A DNA stretch of 64,000 nucleotides from Bugula neritina (taxonomy: Eukaryota; Animalia; Bryozoa). The stretch lies in contig OZ037772.1 in assembly GCA_964035545.1 (NCBI GenBank), positions 8,363,150 to 8,427,149 on the forward strand, in the 5' to 3' direction. The position numbers were made by a program, and so were the translations under genes. The notes below the pieces were generated by a model that saw nothing but the letters and a program-made list of their open reading frames with translations, searched no databases and had not been told where the DNA came from. Positions 57,771 to 64,000 of the stretch are shown one piece after another (within the stretch, counting starts at the first letter, position 1; each line of letters starts with the position of its first letter).

Positions 57771-58477
57771 AACAATCAATTTTTGTTATTTTATATAATG
57801 TAAAATTGTTTTTCTAGAATGCATGCATGCATGGCTGAAAACAATTTCATAAATAAGAAATAATATTCTGATTTAAGCAATATTTATTTCTTGCCTACTA
57901 TAATATTATATATAGAGTTGAAACTAAACATAAAAATTTAAATACATGAAATAGTTTTTAACTTTAATTGACAGTCCCTTACTGTAATAGGTTAATTAAT
58001 CATGTTTTTAAGACTATACATATATGTTGCATCAACAATTATACCCATTTATGCATGGTAAAATATTTTATTTCTGAAATTTTTATTTTCAAATGATCAA
58101 ACCAATAATTTTGGAGTTGACCAAAATCTAATGACTGAACAAGCAAATAGTTTTCTTTATGGAAACAAGTATATTTGAATTGAAATTTAGAATTTATTAC
58201 TTATTATAAATTAGAAAATAATTATATTATAAGTGCTTTCGCACTGATCTAAATGATATATATAACAGCTGGACAATATAAAGTATAAAAACTTATATGA
58301 CATAATAAGATGTTAAAATAGTATTATACTGATTAGGTTGGAAAAAAAATTGAGAAATAGACAACTGCATTGAGATATATATATATATTATATTGCTTAA
58401 GTTGATAATTATGGAAAATTAATAGGCAAATTCATATATCATGGTGTATTTTAAAATATAGTAAGGTAGTGTATTGA

Positions 58478-58691
58478 AAGCTCCTGTAGTCTAGGGATTA
58501 GAGTGCCATGGCTCTGTAAACACAAGATAAGTGGTTTGAATCCTGTATAGGCCATTGAAGATGCGAAGAAAAGCATTCAGTGATGATTGCCTTCTGCTGC
58601 TATAGAATATAGTATTTTGTCTGCTGAAAAAAAATCATTTATTTCATCAGGGGTTCTCACAAAGATGGCGACCATAAACCCATGTGGGTTT
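58478..58691 (+). mobile_element. tRNA-derived SINE family 1 (old)
   Basis: Diverged but colinear head, core and tail. Confidence 0.7.
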
Positions 58692-59806
58692 ACAGTGATA
58701 TAGTATATTATGTAACGTTTAATTAATTCATTTTGTTATATCATATACTAAAATGTTGAATAATGATATATATGCTTGTATCCACTTGGCCAATTCCAAA
58801 CAAAGCTGGTCATATACTCAAGTTAGAAAGCAGTTCAAATAGAGTATAATATAGTAAAACACTCAACCTGTTCAACAAAAGCCTAATATTTTGCCTACTT
58901 GCTAAAGTGCTGTAAAAGGCTAACACTAAACAGGGGCTTGTGTAGAGCTATATTTTGAAAAGCTTTACAGCTTTTGCTGTTTTCATTTGCAACAAACAGT
59001 ACTAACTAATAAGGAGAGAGAAGCCTAATCAACTGTACAACAGGTAAAGTGTTTTCAACAGGTAGTTGTATAACTATACAGCATATAGGCTTTACTAATT
59101 TTAACCAATATATTAAATGGCAAACTAAAAAATATGCAATGTTTTTGTCTATTAAAAACTAAAAAGTTATGATTGCAGTTTCAAAAAGTTCAAATATTTC
59201 AAAGAGTAAAACGTTAAGCTACAGAATTATATAATGTTTCGAAACTTAGTTACTTAATTCAAATTAAAAGTGGAAGGAAAAGCAACTCCTTGATTAGCTG
59301 GTTGTTAGCCTATATAGACTGAGATAGACAAGTGACATGTTTAAAACTTGCTTATACCAGGTTGTCTTTAATTGTGTGAAGTACATGTAGAAACTCCATT
59401 GAGAAAACTTTTTTGAACTTAAAAAGTTATACCATATTTTTTCCTCATATATCACAATGTCTAATAATTATTATATAGTATATATTATATAACTATGCAT
59501 ATTACTTATAAGTATTTAAACTAGTATTAATATACTTCACTAATGAGTATGTATAGTGAGCTGAATATGGTTCATGATTGGACAACTCCAATAATTTTTA
59601 AATCATTAGGATAATTTAGTATAAGAGAACAGTATTTATAAGTATATTTAAATTTAAATGAATTTTTGTTATATTACAATGCTAACTTGAGCTCTGAATT
59701 TTTGAAATAAATGTTTGAAATAATTTAAGAAATTTACTGAAAATATTTTCAAGTCTAAACTTTTTATTGCAGTTTACACAGAAATCTGCTGTTTGCTGAT
59801 GAAAGC

Positions 59807-62800
59807 ATGGCTAATTGTAAAGGCTCAGTATCCCTGAATCATATGATGTGTATGCCATATTACAATATCCTGGCAGCTCACTTGCAAAAGAGGTAGGAAA
59901 ATCTGCTACTCAACAAGAAATATCTGATTGCCTAAAGTTTTATATACTGAAAGTTAGGCATATAAAGTTAAAGAAAATCCAATTTTAATTCATAAAACAG
60001 ATTTAATGTACATATTTTGCTTAATTGAAGATTATATAGTCATTTTATTTTATTAAGAAAACCCTGATTGTTTTATTAAATAATTTATTATACTTTTAGT
60101 GGTATAAATTGATTTAATTAACTATAATAAATTATTATTTTTATGGCATGCCAATAACTGATCATTATGAAAATTATTTTCTAATATTAACTGAATAAGC
60201 TACTATATGAATTTTTACTTCCACCAAGGGCAAATAAATTCAAATTGCCTTAAATTAATAAATAAATCATATATATTGTTATGCACATCTTAGCGTGCTA
60301 TGGTATATGTCATATTATATAATGTATAGTATATTATCTTCTATGATATATCATGCTATTCAAATGTATAAATTTTATGACTTTAAAAAAGCTTATTAAC
60401 AAAATGTTTATGACAAAATAGATTCTCATCAACAATTAGATTGAGACAATAAAATTTTATAGCCATACCTCTCAACTTCTCAGTTTAAGTTTTCAGTTCT
60501 CACGCAGGTAATATTTATTAATATAGATGCTAACACTAAACTACTTAAAAACCTAAATAATTCATAGATAAGAATTATATACAATAGATTTCTTGCTATA
60601 GTTTCAGGGAGAAGAACAACAGAGATGTGGAAAGAATATTGCTCCAAGCTTTACCTACTGACTATATAAACACTGCAGCTTTGTTTGACCTTCATCTGTC
60701 AGGTATGTACTGCTACACCAAATTTGTATTTATCTCCTAGGATTTGAACTCTTAGGGGCAGCCATGACCTAGGGGTTATAACACCGGCTTAGGTCAGTAG
60801 TTTAAATCTTAGTACATGCCATTGATGATGTTGGAAGGAGCATCTAATCACATAATTGCTCCTGTGTCCCTTATGAATAAGTCCTTCTTAGCCTGCTTTG
60901 AAGAAAACCCTTTCTATCCGAGGTTTTTCACAAAGATGTAAACTTGAGTAAGATTTTGGTTTGGACTGTTAGGAGGTAGCTGTGAAGTGTGGAGTTATGT
61001 TTCCATGTAATATAAATAGCCATTGAGGAACGCTGCAGACAAGATTATGATATCTTTTATAAATAAATAACATATTTTAGTTCACTATAACAAAGCTAGC
61101 TTTATCTTTTATCTCATGACATATTTTAATTCATTTTAATAATATGTAAAGTAACTATTCTAATAACTATTTATTAGTGTAATACCTTTTCCAGCTACCC
61201 GTGCACTAGAGAAAAACTCTAACAAGCGAAAGAAGATTTGCCAGCACCAACAGAAAGCTATCGTGGCAATCACAGACTTGAATGCCGAGCCAACTGATGC
61301 CAAGGCAGCGTTCAAACACATACTCACACTCTTAGTTTCTCCGGCAGAATGCCAGAGCTGGGGCTCCGTTGGACTGGTAGGCATTTTATATCTAGAAAAA
61401 AAAAGCCTAAAAAGTTTGAAAGTTTATACTGCGTGCGTCATTCTTTTTAAGATGGACTGTAGGAAAGATTCATGTTAAGTGGAGATGCGTTTTTAAACTT
61501 TAAATGAGTTCTGTTCATTTATTTTGGGTAGTTTTACTAAAATATGTTCATGATATATATGCAGAAAAAAAAATAAGAGTCTGAAGTAGCTTTAGAATTT
61601 TTTTTCATTACTATGGCTATATATAAAAGATTTGATAAGTCTTAAAGCTAATTCATAAAAGTAGAGAAGAATTTGAAATTAAACTGTGGTTTAAGAAATT
61701 ATTAATTAAAAATTTTTTTGTCAAAATAAGTTTATCCTAAATTAACATAAGCATGTCTTATACTTAATTAATATATAAAGCCATATATGTTCGATTATAA
61801 AAAAATCTCCTTTAGAGATTGCCAAGTCTTGTTTTCTTACTGAAACACATTTGTTATAACACGTGTAAATTTCAAGCATTTTAGCTAGGAGTTCAGAATT
61901 TGTGTATTCAAATTGCAAGAAATGAAACAATACTTTGAAAGCTTTTATTGAAATTAGATCAAATTATTAATTATTGTTAGTTGCTATGGTAACTATAACA
62001 TATTCAAAGTGATCTCTATTGTACAGGTCGTAGGGTTGTTAACAGACCAAGTGCACAGACTAGCAGAGCTCTATGTTCAGTACGAACCTACTGTGTTCAT
62101 GCATAGGATACTGGAGGTGGTTTCATACACACTAGAGTTCCTTGATGAGCACCTCTCCTGCTTTATTGAGCAGTCTGGTGGATTTGAGGTATCAACTTAG
62201 GGAATTCCCTTCATGTAACCTTGGAGATTCCCTTAATGTGACTTTGGGGATTCCCTTTATGTGAATTTGGGGATTCCCTTCATGTAACTCCGTGGCCTAA
62301 GGATTAATAGAGCGTTTGTTTAGTAAACGCAAAGTTGTGGGCTTGAATTTTGGCAAAGGCCATTGGTGATTTTAGGAAGAGCATCCAGTCATAATTACTC
62401 CTGTTCTCTATATGAATGAATCTTTAGCCTGATTTAACAAAAAACCCTTTCTATTTAGGGGTTTTTCACAGGGATAGTGATTATAAACTTGTATGAGTTT
62501 CTGTTTAAAAGAAAACGTATCTCTAGCTATTATGAATATATTTTTTTTCAAGTATGTTTGAATCAGAATAAATTTAGAAACTATTAAAATTATTGTACTG
62601 TTATATACCTGTTTATAATAATAACCTACAAATCACACACACTTAGTTATTCTAGCCATGAATAGCATTTTAGTGATCTATTTATATGTATTGCTATTTT
62701 GGTATGACGTATTTTATAGCGCATCATTATACTATGTCATAGCATTTCATATATCGAAACGCAGTCATATATTTAGGGCATAATATAGTAGGCTTGCAAT

Positions 62801-62869
62801 TTGTAATTCTTAAATGTTTTTTTTTTGTAGAGCCGTTCAAATCAAGCCTGCAACAATCAAGAGACTTGA
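59807..62869 (+). CDS. Divergent Bcl-2 family protein (~189 aa, no C-terminal TM seen)
   Basis: Exons 59807(ATG; acceptor 59773)-59892, 60602-60702, 61195-61376, 62027-62188, 62831-62869, phase-consistent. BH1-like AAFKHILTLLVSPAECQSWGSVGLVVGLL and BH2-like LEFLDEHLSCFIEQSGGFE (compare Bcl-xL VNWGRIV and YLNDHLEPWIQENGGWD). Confidence 0.75.
60755..60950 (+). mobile_element. tRNA-derived SINE family 1 (diverged)
   Basis: GGGGCAGCCATG head, shared core and tail. Confidence 0.75.
62199..62289. repeat. Short minisatellite, ~22-23-bp unit GGGGATTCCCTTYATGTRAYT
   Basis: About four tandem copies. Confidence 0.8.
62290..62500 (+). mobile_element. tRNA-derived SINE family 1
   Basis: Shared head, core and tail. 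Confidence 0.82.
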
Positions 62870-63149
62870 GAAAAGAGCAATTTTCAATTAATTGATTTGT
62901 TGAATTGTAATTATATTACTTATAGTTATTGTTATGAAATGCAACTCCCTGTATTGATAAATATATTCAAGTATATGAAACTGTTTTCTTATAAACTACA
63001 TTAAATGGCTTCCATGTGTGTAGCTATGGAAACCAATACACAAAAAAAAGGAAATTAAAATACTGGTTTATAAGCATGCAGTAGTTGAAAGAATTTTCAG
63101 TACATTGAGTAGCTTAGAGTATAGGGCAAGACAGAATAGATAAATATCG

Positions 63150-63345
63150 AGTAGTGCAATACAGTATAGAATGTTGCAATACAATATAAAATAGTACAAT
63201 ACCATATAAAATAGTACAATACCATATAGAGTAGTGCAATACAATACAGAGTGGTGCAATACAATACAGAGTGGTGCAATACAATATAAAATAGTGCAAT
63301 ACAGTATAAAGTAGTGCAATACAATATAGAGTAGTGCAATACAAT
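63150..63345. repeat. Minisatellite, 20-bp unit GTAGTGCAATACAATATAGA
   Basis: Direct tandem repeat; it generates the spurious YCT-rich ORFs. Confidence 0.9.
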
Positions 63346-64000
63346 AATATATAGGACTAGTTTAGAATAGGATAAATGCTTGGATGAGACATTGAAGAAC
63401 CAAATATATATCGGAAATTCTCAATAAGAAAACTGCATCCTTATAAAAGGGTATTTAAAAATTAATTATCATAGTTATAAGTTGAACATGAAAGCATGTC
63501 ACAATGTTTGGTATTTGCGGTAACTCTAAAACACTTTGTTGAAAATATATAAAATCATTGATAACTAATTGTGCAGTAAATAATATACATTCTAATTAAA
63601 GTTTCTGACTATAGACATTTATTTATTATGGTAAAGTCATTGAATATGTAGTTGCTGCTTATTATAACATTACAAAAAATTGAGTGTAAAAACAACAATT
63701 TATTTGATAATGCAAATAAAATTTTATGTTAGTGACAGAATATAAATAAAACTTTTAGTGAAAATATTTTATTAAAATTACAATTTCAAACTTTTTTTAG
63801 TATATAGTGTTATATTTATAATGCAAAATTAAATGCAGCAAGTAATAGAAATTGCAAAACAAATCAAATTTAAAAGAAAATCAAAATTTTTATTAATTCT
63901 ATTCACTAAAGTGCTGCAGCCAAACAGTATTTATATATTTCTGTTTTGTAACTTTAAGCAAAGAAGCCCCACATGAAGAAACCAAACCCTACAACTATAA

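Noticed and set aside
57565-57798. 77-aa plus-strand ORF as first coding exon of the Bcl-2-like gene
   Set aside because: It overlaps the minus-strand first exon, and its donor phase (0) does not fit the next exon (needs 2); more likely UTR

Overview
AT-rich, intron-rich eukaryotic DNA, most likely from an invertebrate animal; nothing prokaryotic and no CRISPR. I reconstructed seven spliced genes by hand from splice sites and reading-frame phase. On the minus strand: a SUCO/mid-SUN gene (13393 to <1) and a WDR45/WIPI4-like PROPPIN (18892-14852). On the plus strand: a TRAF gene with coiled coil and MATH domain but no visible RING (~29559-35425) and two tandem SLC46-like MFS transporters (40186-43571, 45851-48520). 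At the right end is a head-to-head pair (57628-51364 minus; ~59807-62869 plus) that share intron phases and both appear to encode highly divergent Bcl-2-fold proteins. Mobile DNA: an intact 4.5-kb Ty3/Gypsy element with identical LTRs, a probable solo LTR, a decayed Academ-like transposon, several MITEs, two tRNA-derived SINE families (~18 copies), and Penelope-type minimal hammerhead ribozyme motifs lodged in (TA)n tracts, including an inverted twin-hammerhead hairpin. Best leads: the cryptic Bcl-2-fold gene pair (one member has two candidate alternative C-terminal exons) and the microsatellite-embedded hammerheads. All homology calls rest on motif recognition, not database searches.
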